From: the human T2T-CHM13v2.0 reference genome, Homo sapiens | NCBI RefSeq assembly: GCF_009914755.1 | Contig: NC_060928.1 | Length of the DNA: 64,000 nt | Direction: 5' to 3' (one strand) | Shown here: positions 49,601 through 64,000 of the stretch, one piece after another | How the letters are laid out: every line of letters begins with the position of its first letter | How positions within the stretch are numbered: position 1 is the stretch's first letter | Notes under the pieces: model-generated | Databases searched by the model: none | What the model saw: only the letters and a program-made list of their open reading frames with translations | Told to the model about the DNA's origin: nothing | Position numbers and translations under genes: made by a program

Positions 49601-50178
49601 ACGCACACACACACACACACATCATTTACTTTTTCGATCCCTGTTTACCTATGTGTTTTGGCTGCATGTTAGTCACAGAAAGGCTATATTAATACTATCT
49701 TATATTTGTGGACTGCATGTTTCAATGGGTTAATAATGATATGCTACCCATAATCCCCTCTCCTCTCCATACCAGCCTCATTTTATGGGTGGAGTCACTA
49801 TTTGTCTAATTTGGTTTTAAATAGTGACTTTAAATTTTTTAACCAGGCAGACCTATTAAAAATAGTGGTCATCTGACATACAAAGGAAAATGATAGAGGT
49901 TTGTACAAGTTTTTTATCAAAGCAAGGAAGGAAAATTATCCTGACTTGTGAAGTTTAAGGATGGATGAAGTGTTTAAGCTCATAAGCAATCATAAAGTCC
50001 ATTTCCTTGACCTTGTGATTATTTTGGGTCTTTCTATAAAAAATTTCATTTTCTAGCTCATGTTACACCATGTGCAGTTTTGATTACTGCAATATGGTGT
50101 TACTGCTTTACCAAAGGTAAATATTCATGCCTCATTTTTCCAACCATATTTAAGCTGGTCTGTGAAGCTTTGTTTTTT

Positions 50179-51220
50179 GTTTTGTTTTGTTTTATTATTA
50201 TACTTTAAGTTACAGGGTACATGTGCACAACATGCAGGTTTGTTACATATGTATACATGTGCCATGTTGGTGTGCTGCACCCATTAACTCGTCATTTACA
50301 TTAGGTATATCTCCTAATGCTTTCCCTTCCCTCTCCCCTCACCCCACGATAGGCCCCCATGTGTGATGTTCCCCTTCCTGTGTCCAAGTGTTCTCATTGT
50401 TCATTTCCCACCTATGAGTGAGAACATGCAGTGTTTGGTTTTTTGTTCTTGCAATAGTTGGCTGAGAATGATGGTTTCCAGCTTCATCCATGTCCCTCCA
50501 AAGGACATGAACTCATCATTTTTTATGGCTGCATAGTATTCCATGGTGTATATGTGCCACATTTTCTTAATCCAGTCTATCATTGTTGGACATTTGGGTT
50601 GGTTCCAAGTCTTTGCTATTGTGAATAGTGCCGCAATAAACATACGTGTGCATGTGTCTGTATAGCAGCATGATTTATAATCCTTTGGGTATATACCCAG
50701 TAATGGGATGGCTGGGTCAAATGGTATTTCTAGTTCTAGATCCCTGAGGAATCGCCACACTGACTTCCACAATGGTTGAACTAGTTTACAGTCCCACCAA
50801 CAGTGTAAAAGTGTTCCTATTTCTCCACATCCTCTCCAGCACCTGTTGTTTCCTGACTTTTTAATGATTGCCATTCTAACTGGTGTGAGATGGTATCTCA
50901 CTGTGGTTTTGATTTGCATTTCTCTGATGGCCAGTGATGATGAGTGATGATCATGTGTCTGTTGGCTGCATAAATGTCTTCTTTTGAGAAGTGTCTGTTC
51001 ATATCCTTTGTCCACTTTTTGATGGGGTTGTTTTTTTCTTGTAAATTTGTTTGAGTTCTTTGTAGATTCTGGATATTAGCCCTTTGTCAGATGATTAGAT
51101 TGCAAAAATTATCTCCCATTCTGTAGGTTGCCTGTTCACTCCAATGGTAGTTTCTTTTGCTGTGCAGAAGCTCTTTAGTTTAATTAGATCCAATTTGTCA
51201 ATTTCGGCTTTTGTTGCCAT
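50179..51220 (-). mobile_element. 5'-truncated L1PA (about PA4-6) 3' end
   Basis: 204-aa ORF ...[35 protein letters not shown]... is the ORF2p C-terminus; 16-bp TSD tgaagctttgtttttt. Confidence 0.96.
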
Positions 51221-51269
51221 TGAAGCTTTGTTTTTTATTTGACTCTTTTAATTATTTAACTAGTATTAG

Positions 51270-51600
51270 CTTTTATTTTATGTATTAGCTTTTGCTAACA
51301 AAAAAAGTCAAAATCTCAATGACTTACCTCAAACACTTATTTTTGCCCGCTTGTCTCTATACATCTTCTCATTCTGAGACTCAGGTGCTGGAGGAGCCTC
51401 CATGTGGCTAATGCTGTGCTCATGGTAGAGAACCAGGAATACAAGCCCTGCTAAGCCCGTTGCAACCACATTAAGCTTCTGCTTGGATGCAGAAAGGGCA
51501 TATGTCCTCTCATTCCATTGGCCAAAGTCCAAAGTCAATGCGTCAGACAGGATCATCTACTCCTCCTGTAGAAGCACAGGAAAGTTATGGGAAAATCGCA
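51270..51600 (-). mobile_element. MLT1 (J/I-like) LTR fragment
   Basis: aaaatctcaatgactta...cattccattggccaaag. Confidence 0.55.
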
Positions 51601-51679
51601 AAGGATGTAGAAACAAACTACAGAGAGTGAATGAGGAAACACAAGCAAGAACCCAGCCTCAGAAACTTTGCCTAAATAC

Positions 51680-52100
51680 TTATGCATTAGAATTACATCA
51701 GCTATATGTGTCAGAAAGACCAAGAGAAAATGGCTTAAAACAAAGGAGAAGTTTATGTCTCCCTCACCCAAATGAATGGTCCATGCTCAGTATAGACCTT
51801 CACAACGTTCAGGACTGAAGCTCTTTCTACGCTGTTTCTCAGCTGTATGTGATGGTATGGTTTAAGATGGTTCCAGGCAGTAGTATGGAGGAAGAGATGG
51901 TGAAACAACACATCAGTTGTTTTTTCAGAAGGGTTTAGAAAACTGCTAAGTAATAATTTTATTTACATTTTATTGGCCAAAACATAGTCACATGATTATA
52001 CATAAATGCAAGGAGACTTGAAAATATGGTCTTATTCTTTGTTTCTCTGTGCCCAGCTAAAATTTTTATTATTGTGGAAGATGTGGAGAAAGAGTTGGGA
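51680..52100 (-). mobile_element. MLT1L-like LTR
   Basis: atggcttaaaacaaaggagaagtttat...ttattggccaaaacatagtcacatg...tgcaaggagacttg. Confidence 0.6.
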
Positions 52101-52761
52101 ATGAAAACATGTTAACAGACTTGGAGCAAAGTTCTTTGAATGAATCAGATAAAGTCTAAAGAATGAAGGAACATAAGGTAATCAACAAAAGACCAAATGA
52201 AAGGCAGAAACAGGTTAAAAAATTCAGAAAATAATGGTTCAATTGAGTGGAAAATGCAATGAGGTAACAACAGGTAACAACAGACTTTGAGCAGAGAAGA
52301 GAGATGGCTGGAGGATGGAAATAACTTTGAATTTTTGTAGGAGATAGGTGCAAATCAAGTTCTCAAAGAGTTAAAATTCAGTATTTTTCTGCTAACGTAA
52401 CGATCCATCTCAGGAATCTTAAGTTAACCAACAATTGCCCCAAACTTGTTTCAGTTCTTCTTATGACCTTTCATTTAGATTAGTTTTAAGTAATTTATTT
52501 CCTCTGGTATTCTAATCAAATGGCTTAAAAAGGATCTCTGAGATTCCTGAAGTATGCTTGGCTGTTCAAATATTTTCCAAACAAATTAATGGACTTGCAA
52601 ATCAGACAAAAGAGAAGTTAGGCTGAGACTGCATTGTGTGCTCTGTAAAGCCAGAGAATGAAAGGATGCACTGTGTACCAAGACATTGACTTAGGACAGT
52701 AAATGTGAATACACCTTCTTATAGCAACGAGCAAATGTTGGTTTAAAAATACTGGTAGCAC

Positions 52762-53167
<406 letters not shown>

Positions 53168-53519
53168 TCATACCTGTGTTCTTATACTTTGGTACCTATT
53201 CCTCATCTTTTGTAAATGGTATTTAAGACACATCCTAATATTTCTGAAGTATTCAGGGATATTTTTAAAGTGTGGGTGACGTATAAATCACCAGCTAGTT
53301 GTATCTGGTGCGTTTTACTTTGTGCTTGAGAATGGCATTGCAATTCTGGCCAGTGACTATAGAGTAGTCATTTTCTAGTTAATTGGTTTTAAGAAAGTTT
53401 AATCATTACTGGAAGCACTTAAACAGACATCAGGTTAGACTTGACGTTTATTTATTTATTTTTTACGTTTCACCCTCTTGGTCTTTTATTCTTTTATTTT
53501 AAGTCTTGTTTTATTTTAG

Positions 53520-53581
53520 CATATGAAGTGAATGCAGACCATTCTAGCATTGTACATCTGGGGGACTACCATGACCTTTAG
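53520..53581 (+). other. Candidate coding end of a terminal exon (xYEVNADHSSIVHLGDYHDL* in phase 1, or HMK* in phase 0)
   Basis: Long pyrimidine tract ending ttttattttAG, followed by ~2 kb with no recognised repeat, U/AU-rich elements and AATAAA at 54528. Confidence 0.3.
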
Positions 53582-55718
53582 AACAGCAGCATCAGAGGAA
53601 TCTGGGGAAATATATGCTTTGAACATTTAATAACACCACTGCCATGACTTAGTGAATATTTCCATGCCTGTGTATTATGAAAATATAGCACTGGGACCAT
53701 GGTTGAAAAGTTCAAAACCACAAAAGCTGAAGAATACATGGCATTTCAAATGTCTGCATTACTGTTCTGTGAGATGTTTAGTTCTACTTTGCTAGAGCCG
53801 GGATTATTTAAACCTCGATCCTGTAGATTATAACAAGAACAGTTGAAACAGCGATGATTTCATATCTGAGATGACTCTATAATGTAAAATGCTTTTTAAA
53901 TTCTCAAGTTTAATCAACAGTGTGTGAATGTAAAGGTTGTTATAAACTCATGATCAGTGTTTTACAAATAACCTGAATTCTTTTGAACTAGCTGTGTTTT
54001 GACAGAGGTTTTTTTTTTTTTTTTTCTTTTTTTGGTTTTTTGCTTCTCTGACAAAGGCCTTTGGAAGAATGAGCTTCTTCCCCCACATCTTTATTTATTT
54101 ATTTATTTTTAAGCTATGCTCAGGAAAATGAACATTTCTCCTTTGCAGTTGATAACAGCATTTACAAGGTATACAGCATATAGGGTTGTTCCAAATTCCT
54201 TCCCCAGATAACCATGCTTGCCAAATAGCTTTGACTTTGCAAAAACATTGCATTGTTGGACAAATGCCTAACATGAATCTTTCCCAAACTTTCGGTTGGG
54301 GAAGCAAATATGTGGAATAATGCTCAGAGCCATTTGCTGTTCAAAGGATTTCAGATCCTCCATCCAGCCCCACAGATACTCAGCCTTTGCTACAGTTTTA
54401 GCAGCATGCTTGGCTTTTTTGACAGCAGTAATAGCTCTTTGGCCCACTCTCTCTTCTAAACTTTATCTAAACTTCAAACTCTTTGGCTTTTTCCCCCTCT
54501 TTTGCTAAAGCTAGTGATCACATGCTGAATAAATAATCTATAGACCATGATCTCCTGTCCTGTCAGGCTTGTTACCCAAACTCTAAACCAGCGATGTCAG
54601 AAACCTGCCTGATAAGTATTCCCAGGTAGATTTTCTAACTACCTCCCCCACTGGTTACCATCATCATTGCTTACATACTTCCAGAACTCCCTCATAGCAC
54701 ATTGACTATATTTGGAAGAACTAATTGGTGGTTCTGGTGTCTTTGTTAGGAAAAAGTGACACTTTTTGAAGTTAATAAAAATCTCTTCAGCTACAGCCTT
54801 TTATCAGATGTAACAAAACATTGTTTGAACAAATATGTTCTCAGTAGTAGTGACAGTTCCTTTCTGCTTTTCCTAGCCATCAACATCTTAGGAAAGAAAA
54901 TGGTAGAAGTTCCTTAATGACGTAAAATTAGTTTTTGAATAATGGCAGCTCCTGATAGAATATTGCTTTTCAAATCAAGAACTCAATTAAATTAGGTTCC
55001 AATTGGATTGCATCAGCATTTTTATATGTCTTTAAGTAACATATTTTTCATTTGATCTTAAGCAACTTTTAATATCTATTTCAATTCTGTACAAACATTT
55101 TTTACTATATTAACGGCTCTTAGAGGAAAGAAGCATATTTATCAAATATCACAATTAAGAAAGTGACTCTGTGATTATTCAGGTGTGACATCAGCAAAAC
55201 TAAAAAGGGTTCCCTTTAGCATTTACTAACAGAATTTTCTTGAGAGGCAATGAGAAGCAGAGAGATCATGCTCTTTGGGGACAGAAAGTTTACCTGAATA
55301 CAACAGAGCTTGATTTATTCAGCAGTGACTGAGAATTCAGTACAGTCTTTCAATATTTGAACTCTAGTATAAGATGTACTTGTAAAAATTTCTTTATTTC
55401 CCATTTGTAAATGTTAAAACAAACATATTCTTGTTTAGTGTGAGGGAAAAGGATAAATATAATCCACTAAATATAGAGCAATGCCGATGGGTGGCTGGGT
55501 ACACTCGATTCTCCCTCCTCCATGATATCGTTATCTACTCTCAATTCACCCTCATTCACATAATACCTAATTGAAATACATTGATAACCTGAAGACTTAA
55601 AAAAAAAGGAATTTGGATGCTACCACTGTTTTATAAATTATGATTTTGATATGGGAAAATAAAAAAGTTTATTCATAGAAATCTACTCTGCTGCTTTTCA
55701 GGAGCCTTATTTTTCTTA

Positions 55719-56035
<317 letters not shown>

Positions 56036-56464
56036 TATTTTTCTTTCTTTTAAAAATTTAGATACTTATTTTTAAATGAGAATAGAAAATATTAAGTGAT
56101 CTAGTTACTTTGTTTTCTTTTTAGCCTAGTGAACTACCAAATTCAGTTGATTTTTTTTTGCATAATCAAAAGTGATACATGAAAATATTAAATCTAAGCA
56201 GGTAGATGAATATTTGAATGAGAAGTTGTGCCAGTAGTATGTACATTAACCCAGTAAAATTTATAAATCAGTTCACTAAAAAATTCAGCTAAGCATAACT
56301 AACTTGACAATTTTGAATAGTAAGCTATTATTAGCACTTTTTCCACAAGTATATCATATTTCCAAAATATTCAGCACTAAAAATTTTAAGGTTAAAATGG
56401 GACTTTATCAAATTCATAAGTATTTTGAATTCAGATGTAAAATAAATTATTTTTATTATTTGAA

Positions 56465-56620
56465 GCATTCGTTAATTGCACCGTTTACTCAACAAAAATG
56501 TGTTGAGTTTCTTTTTTGTACCAGGCACTGTGTAAAGTATAAGTGTGTAAAGTATTACTTTACTTTATAAAGTAAAGATAGGTGAGATGTTCATCCAGCC
56601 TTCAGTGACTTTACAGAATT
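56465..56620 (-). mobile_element. L2 fragment
   Basis: actcaacaaaaatgtgttgag...gtaccaggcactgtg. Confidence 0.55.
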
Positions 56621-57055
56621 AAAATGTTTCTTAATTAAAAAAAGAAAGGCTTAAACCAAGTAAAAGCCCAAACTAAAGCAAACAGAAATGGACAGAAGAC
56701 AAAATTCACTGAGGAATTAGCACCAATAAATACACAGGTGTGTTTTCTCACCTGTTTTGTGGGATTAAACTGAGGCAATATTTTCACGAAGTGTATTATT
56801 TAGTCTTAAGAAACCCCACGTGTTTCTTAGTTCGCATAAAAGCTGTTGAAATGGGTTAAATAAAAAGTGGTGTTCATTTCACTAGAGATCAATGACTCAA
56901 ACTGACACTTGTTTCTAATGGTCAGCAAATTTTATTTTCAATGTGTGTATTACTTTTTCATAATCGCAAACCAAAGTTTGCTAATCTTCATCAATCTCCT
57001 GAGTATTTAGTATAGTAGAAATGATTTGTTTTGAAATATCAGAGCATATGATGAT

Positions 57056-57462
57056 GGACCTTAATTGTGTGCTGCTACAATAGAATACCACAGACTGGGT
57101 AATTTTTAATGAACAGACATTTATTTAGCTTACAGTTCTGGAGGCTGGTAAGTCCCAGATCAAGGGGCAGGCATCTTGTGGGGCCTTCTTGCTGTGTCAT
57201 AACATGGCAGAAGGGACGACATGTGCAAGAAGGAGGAAGAGAGAGAGAGCACGCACTCGCAGGCACTTGAGAGAGTGAGAGAAGGGGTCTGAACTCATCC
57301 TTTTATAAATAAGCCAGTCTCTCAATAATGACATTAATCCTTTTAGGAGGGTAGAGCCCTCATGACCTAATCACCTCTTAAAGGTTCCATCTCTCAACTC
57401 TGTTGCATTGTGGATTAAGTTTACAACACATGAACTTTGGGGGACTCATTGAAACCACAGAA
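57056..57462 (-). mobile_element. MSTD-like MaLR LTR
   Basis: aataccacagactgggtaa...cagttctggaggctgg...catgacctaatcacctcttaaagg. Confidence 0.85.
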
Positions 57463-57776
57463 GTGACCTATGTTTAATCTTTGTACTATGAAATTTTCCT
57501 TAAAAAATTAAATCTAAAAAATTGTAGCTAATAGGTGAAGAATTATCTTATTATCACACTGTTATAAATTGTATTTCTTTATTGCTAATGAGGTTCAAAT
57601 AGTTTTTTGTTTTATTTTTCATTAACACATAATGATTGTTTATAAAATAATTAAATTTTTAAAATACTATCTTTAAGTCTTTGTGTTGAAACTAAAGACC
57701 AAAATACAAATATTTAAATTGGAATGACCTAGATATATAAATATGAAATTGAGGACTTAGATCCTGATGGATTAAA

Positions 57777-58277
<501 letters not shown>

Positions 58278-59112
58278 ATTAAAACATACATTGAGTGGAT
58301 AGGCATTTATGTTAACCACAAATGTGACTGTGTCTTTGCTGATGAGTCATTGCTTCAAAGACTGAGATTCATTAACTTTTGGGAAGACACAAGCTGCTTG
58401 TTTCTCAACTCTATTTTAAGGAAATAGATTGCACTTCTTTCTTTCTCATAATCAGATAGGGATCATGTTGTACTTACTGCAGCTCTGCCAAGGAATCAGT
58501 TTTTTATATCAGTGCTTCATCCAATTCCTTCCCGCCATGGCATGTTTGGAAAAGAATCATATTTATATTAAATACTTGGGCAAATGGCTGAGGCTGCTTA
58601 TGGATGAGGATTTTGATTATGCCCTTTAAATTCAAAGAATTATCACAGTATTCTCACTTCCTTCCCAATTCTTCTTTTCCTCTCCCCCACTTTTTTTTGC
58701 GGCCCAATTCTTTGCAGGCTTGAGTTCCTCTAAATATATCCCCCCAAAATGAAGGTGACAAACACTTGCCAGGAATGAGATGAGATGCTGCGGTACATTA
58801 CTTTTACATATTTTAGTGACCCCATCTATTTTCATTTTTGTGAAGAAACCAGGAAAAATAAGAGATTTTCTAAGGCCTTATTCAGGATTAAATTTACATA
58901 TTTACATATGATATCTATCTTTTAAAATCTGAAAGAAGTCTCTTTTTCTGGAGTCTTCCTTGTCCTCTGAACCCTTTTCCCTCATGTTCAGTTACTTGTT
59001 TATAAAATAATGTCAGCGATCTCAACTTTTTCTAGAGGAAAGTGGGCTCAGAAAAATAAGTTTGAAAAGTAAAGCAGAATCTCCTCTCGTTAATCCTCAG
59101 AATCTGTACGAG

Positions 59113-59186
59113 TCACAGTAAATTATATTTGATGCTGAAACAAACAACCTCACAGTAAATTATATTTGATGCTGAAAAAAACAACC
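59113..59186 (+). repeat. 37-bp tandem duplication
   Basis: tcacagtaaattatatttgatgctgaaa(c/a)aaacaacc twice, one mismatch. Confidence 0.95.
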
Positions 59187-59530
59187 CAAAATTTCTGTGG
59201 CTCGCCAAGTTAAGAATATATTTATCACGGACATTCCAGTCTGATGATTCAGGTGACAGTTAAGTTCAGGCAGAGGTGCCAGAACTTCATGCATTAAGCA
59301 AACTCGGCACCTCTGTTCAGCTAGTGGCTCTTAGGCTCTGAAGTTGTCTATAGACGAGGGACTAGAGAGTGAAGCTGGAAGATCTGAATGTAGCCAACAC
59401 TACTTCTGCCCACGTTTATCTGGGGACCCAGTTACGTGGCCCCATGTAATGGTAAGTGAGCATGGGCAATATAATCTAGCTAATCGCATAGAGGAAAAGG
59501 AAACAAGGCTTGGAGAATAAAAATCATTGT
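59150..59530 (-). mobile_element. MLT1-like LTR fragment
   Basis: aaacaacccaaaatttctgtggct...cactacttctgcccacgttta...gttacgtggcccca. Confidence 0.5.
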
Positions 59531-60929
59531 TTCAGCCCTAGCCACCAAAACAGGTTTTCCACGAAGCTGATGTTTATACAGGCATGCAGTTCCTACTTGG
59601 TGTATGCTACCTGCAACATCATCTTCTCATACTCAAGGAGAAGCACAGGGAAAAGTACATAAACCTCTGAATGAAATGGTGGAAACTATCATTCTAAAAC
59701 TCTGAGAGAAACACCAACAAGGGGAATAGGGCTGAGCTTAGGTCTCAAGACTACAACTGTGAATTTGACTATAACACAAACTCAAGGACAACAACCAAGT
59801 GAAGGATGTATTGTAGATAAAATCATGCTTAGTTGTAGAGATTTTACAGACATACATTCATGTCAACTGCCAGAACTCTAAGTGGTAGGAACCAGTCTGC
59901 TACAATAGATCAAATGAAAATGGTTTAAAAATGAGCACGATGATTAATAGATAAGTATTTGATTAATAGGTCTGTAGGATATGTATTTGATTAATAGGTC
60001 CATACACACACATATGGATGCCCAGGCATACCCCATACTCTACTTCTTTCTCATGCTTTCAAACTCAACTTTCACATGAAAAATTCTTTCTTATATCTTT
60101 TCTTTTCCCCTTGACTGCAGTATTCATGATATATGATATACTGGCACCTTTTAATATAAAGGCCATCAGGAACATTTTTGAGAATTATGGATGTAAGCAA
60201 TGCCACAGAGTGTCCTTTAATTTTTTAAGGTTACAGTGGTGAGCTACTTCAAATAGTCCTGTTTGCTTATATAAATCAAATGAAAACATTGGTGAAAATA
60301 TACACAATCAGATGATATAGGTTATTAATCCAAATTTTTTAATGTTCAAAAAGTGATCTACTATTTTTCAGAAGTATTTTATAATTTTAGTACAGCTGGC
60401 AGTTGAAACTTACCATTACATTTCCTGACCCAAAGCATTAGATACAAACTCATTTGTTTTATCTATAGACATGAATTTAAACCATTTTCTAGTGACTAGA
60501 TATTGTTGCTGGAACACGTGGAGCTTAACAATAAAGTAAGCGTTACATAGCCTTTAATAAACTGTGATTCTGTTTCATAATGTTTTGATGCCATAGATTA
60601 TCAGAAAATGGTATTAATGTTCTTTCCCAAAATAACATTCATAAAACTTTCCCAAATCGCTTTTTAACTCAAACCTTTTATTTGATGCATTAAAATAATG
60701 TTTATTGGAGGGTTTTTTTTTTGGATGAAATTGAGACATTCAGGTTTATTTTTTTAAATAAAGTAAGCTCATTTATTTAAAACTCACCACAAGCTATAAT
60801 TTGCACACACTCATATGCAAAAAAAGCCTGGACAGCTGCACTGGTGACATAGGTACATCAAAAAGATCTGAATTATCTATGTGACAGAACTTCTGAAAAG
60901 CCTTTTTTCTTTGCATCTGTTTTAAACCG

Positions 60930-61175
60930 TTCTTTTCTATTCCTGCATCATTTCTCAAATGCCACCCATGCTGTCTCCATCCCTGCTTTCCTGATCTTCC
61001 TTTCCCTGCTCTATTTTTTCTATAGCACTGATCATCTTTTAATAGATAATACAAATTGCTTATTTGTCATGTGTGTTGTTTATTGTCAATTTCCCATTCT
61101 AACTTGCAAATTCCATGGGTAGGTATTTTTGCCTGTCCTGTTCCCTGATGTATTCCAACCACCAGGAACAGTGTT
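60930..61175 (+). mobile_element. L2a 3' fragment
   Basis: ccctgctctatttttctatagcact...tgttccctgatgtattcc...ggaacagtg. Confidence 0.65.
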
Positions 61176-62227
61176 TTCTCCATGTCTATTTCTATATTGA
61201 AATATGAATCTAACTACAAGTATTACTTGCTTAACCTTTATGTGTGATTCGTCTTCTTTTTGCTCACAGCAACAACAGCAAAGATCATCCCAACTGTCTC
61301 TTACATTCAGATGGTTAATAGCTCTGATGACTATGGGTTGCCTCCACCAAAGTTAGAACCTGCTGTTTGAGTCTAAGGACCTTGGACCCAGCAGTCCATT
61401 ATTCTTGTGCACACCAGAGTTACCACTGAAACTACTCTTCTATGATTCTAAGTGTTTGATCACTAATGCACTTAATTCCAAATTAACTTGAAAAAAATCC
61501 TTAATTCCTTTTGAAGTCATCTCAAATCATTTTGGAAACAGGGTCAATATAAGTAAATGCATAAATTTGCTGTTGAATTACACTTTCTTTTTCTACTTAA
61601 TTTACGTTTTTTGCTAAGGAACCACTTTTCCTTACAAGCAGTATCAAGATTCTTTTATTTCAAAGAACTGTAGCACTGTGCAGATCTCATGTTTTCCTCA
61701 TCTACCATTCATTTTTATGCAAATGCAAATTAGTCTACTTAAAATAAACACCAGGAACAGCTTTGTAGGGGATGATATCTCCTTGAAAGTGCACCAGACG
61801 TCTCTAGGCAAGCAGGGGGAGGTCTGAGGACTTTGATTTCTCCTGTTTCTGTAGCACTATTGTTCTCTACACTTTCCCCACTAAGGGCTGTCTCCCTTAG
61901 GTTACTAACAGCTATAGCATTATCTTGCCTTCTGTAGTACAAGTCCTGAAGCAGCTGCTGTCATACTCTACAGCAGTGTTTTCCAATCTTGGAGCATGAA
62001 ATCTGACAGTATACAGTAGTTGATTAAACTAGCTTTGTTTGTTTTTTAAAAACCAGAACAGCATAGTATAGAATATAATAAAATGGAACAGACTAGTATG
62101 GAACAGAGTAAGATGTATCAGAATACTCAGTAAGGTTAAGTATCACTTCATTAAGTAGTAATTTCTTATCATTTAATATCTATAATATACATGTATTATA
62201 GAATCAACAAAGAGAGTGCCATTATTC

Positions 62228-62857
62228 TAGGTTAGGGATTCTTAACCAAAAACCTATGATATGGGCTTTAGAGTTTTCATAAACCTCTTGAAATTGTACA
62301 TATATTTGTGCTTATGTATGTTTTATATATGGATTTACAGACTATATATGTATATATACATATGTGTGCACCTATATATGTATATATAGTATGCATATAC
62401 ATATATTTTATTTCTTTATACACACAGTCAAGTCACGTGCTGCATAACTGTGTTTCCAGCACCAATGAACCACATATATGACGGTAGTCCCAAAAGATTA
62501 GAATCTTGTATTTACACTCTACCTTTTCTATGTTTAGTTATGCTTAAGTACACATATGGCCATTGTGTTTCAATTGCTTACAGTATTCAGTAATGTGCTG
62601 TATGGGCATATAGCCTAGAAACAATAGGCTCTACCATATAGCCTTGGGGTGTAGTAGGCTATTATACCACCTAGGTTGATGTAAGTGCCCTCTATGATGT
62701 CTGCACAACCATGAAGTGTCTAATGAGGCATTTCTCAGATCATATCCCTGTCACTAGATGACATATGACTGGAGATTGTTTTTAGGGACAGAATCGTAGC
62801 TGCTATCAAGCTTTCAAACTGGGCTTGTAACCTCTAAGTTTAGGAACTTCAGTTCTA
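62228..62857. mobile_element. hAT-Charlie relic split by a Tigger3a
   Basis: tagggattcttaacc...cttgaaattgta on the left; aagtttaggaacttcagttctag on the right. Confidence 0.45.
62429..62771 (+). mobile_element. Tigger3a (MER7A)
   Basis: gtcacgtgctgcataac...gtgtagtaggcta...acatatgactg. Confidence 0.82.
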
Positions 62858-63149
62858 GGAAAAGATATTCTCACTAGAGAAGTTCATGAATCAGGAATTC
62901 CCAAAGTCAATTAGCATCCAGTGGAGTTTTCGGCTATTCTTCCATACCAGAGCGGGCCATATTCTGTTGGTTTATTTTTTGAGAATTGTTAATCTTAAAT
63001 AATAGATGAATTTGACCAGGTTATAAAAATCTCTTCATGTTAAGGTAATTCCTTCCTTGTCACTTAAAATTTACTCAATAAAAGTACTGGTTGGATATTT
63101 TTCATGTCCAGGCCATATCTCTGAACTTAAGAGACTTACAGATTAATAA

Positions 63150-63370
63150 TGAACATTTGTTTATAAAGTCCTGGCTGCTAGGCATAGTTCTAGTAGATTT
63201 CACAAGGTTATTTTAGTACTTAACAAAAACCTTGAGGAAAAGGTATTATCATCCTCGTACAAGGAAACAGAAGCTTGGAGAGTTTCTGTTAGAGATAGAT
63301 ACATAAATTCACCAGCTTGGTAAGACACAAAGCTATAATTGGAACCTGTGTCTTCTAATGTGTTTTCCAG
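63150..63370 (-). mobile_element. MIR
   Basis: ggtattatcatcctcgtacaaggaaacagaagcttggagag. Confidence 0.55.
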
Positions 63371-64000
63371 ATGCATGTAAAATGAATGGATTTCTAAGAA
63401 GGTGAATCCTTTCATTATGTCTTTCATACTTATTTTACATTCTGTGTTTAGGTCGTTATTAGTACCATTGGATCAAATATGTCACTGAAAGTGATCTGTT
63501 AATTTGTTGTTCAAATTGGTACACATTAGAATGCGAAAAGGTGCTCTACTGGTAATTACTATAGTCTCAGGCAAATCAGAATAGATGGTTACCCCAAATG
63601 ACGCTAAAGAATCGTGTTGGTTTTCTTTAGGGCTTCTTAGTGGTCTAAGAACAGCAGATTTGTATTTGCTGTATAGTCTGGTTTTATCACATGAGCAATT
63701 CATTTGTATCGTATTCATCTGTGGATTGATTTGTGTAATTCTACCATAATTTTCCATTGGTCAAATATGTCCTTGTTTCACTATAGATTTCTTAGTTAAA
63801 TAAAGTTCAGAAATGATAAAAGAATTGAGCTACATATTTAAATGTCTGATTTTCTGATATATAGTCACCATATCCAGGAATTATTCCAACTTTCAGTATA
63901 GATGTTTTAACAATTATTGAACAAAAGTAATTAAAAATTATGTATAATTTTCATCATTGATTTTAAGGATATTATATATCACTATAATAGTAGAAATAAT

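Noticed and set aside
50401-51015. 204-aa ORF
   Set aside because: C-terminal fragment of L1 ORF2p in a 5'-truncated copy, not a host gene.

Overview
Primate (most likely human or great-ape) AT-rich intronic or intergenic DNA. It is dominated by interspersed repeats: about 35 Alus, several L1 fragments, at least ten LTR remnants (MER41-like, LTR22, LTR12, LTR1, THE1, MER21, MST, MLT1), DNA transposon relics (Tigger3, MADE1, MER5, MER33, MER58), and MIR, L2 and L3 relics. I recognise no intact protein-coding gene, RNA gene or prokaryotic-type system, and the longer ORFs in the supplied track nearly all come from Alu, L1, LTR or microsatellite sequence. The best leads are: (1) a candidate 30-nt in-frame + strand microexon (16391-16420) whose acceptor sits in a hairpin loop, and a candidate terminal exon at 53520, which suggest the window lies inside a long + strand host gene I cannot name; (2) several templated-insertion scars, including a ~108-bp piece of an old MLT1 copied 3.3 kb downstream; (3) three 5'-inverted (twin-primed) L1s; and (4) LTR-borne regulatory cassettes (three GAS motifs in a MER41-like LTR, 15 CCAAT boxes in LTR12, a CpG-rich LTR1). 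Repeat subfamily names come from remembered consensus sequences and need RepeatMasker/Dfam confirmation. Boundaries of old repeats are approximate.
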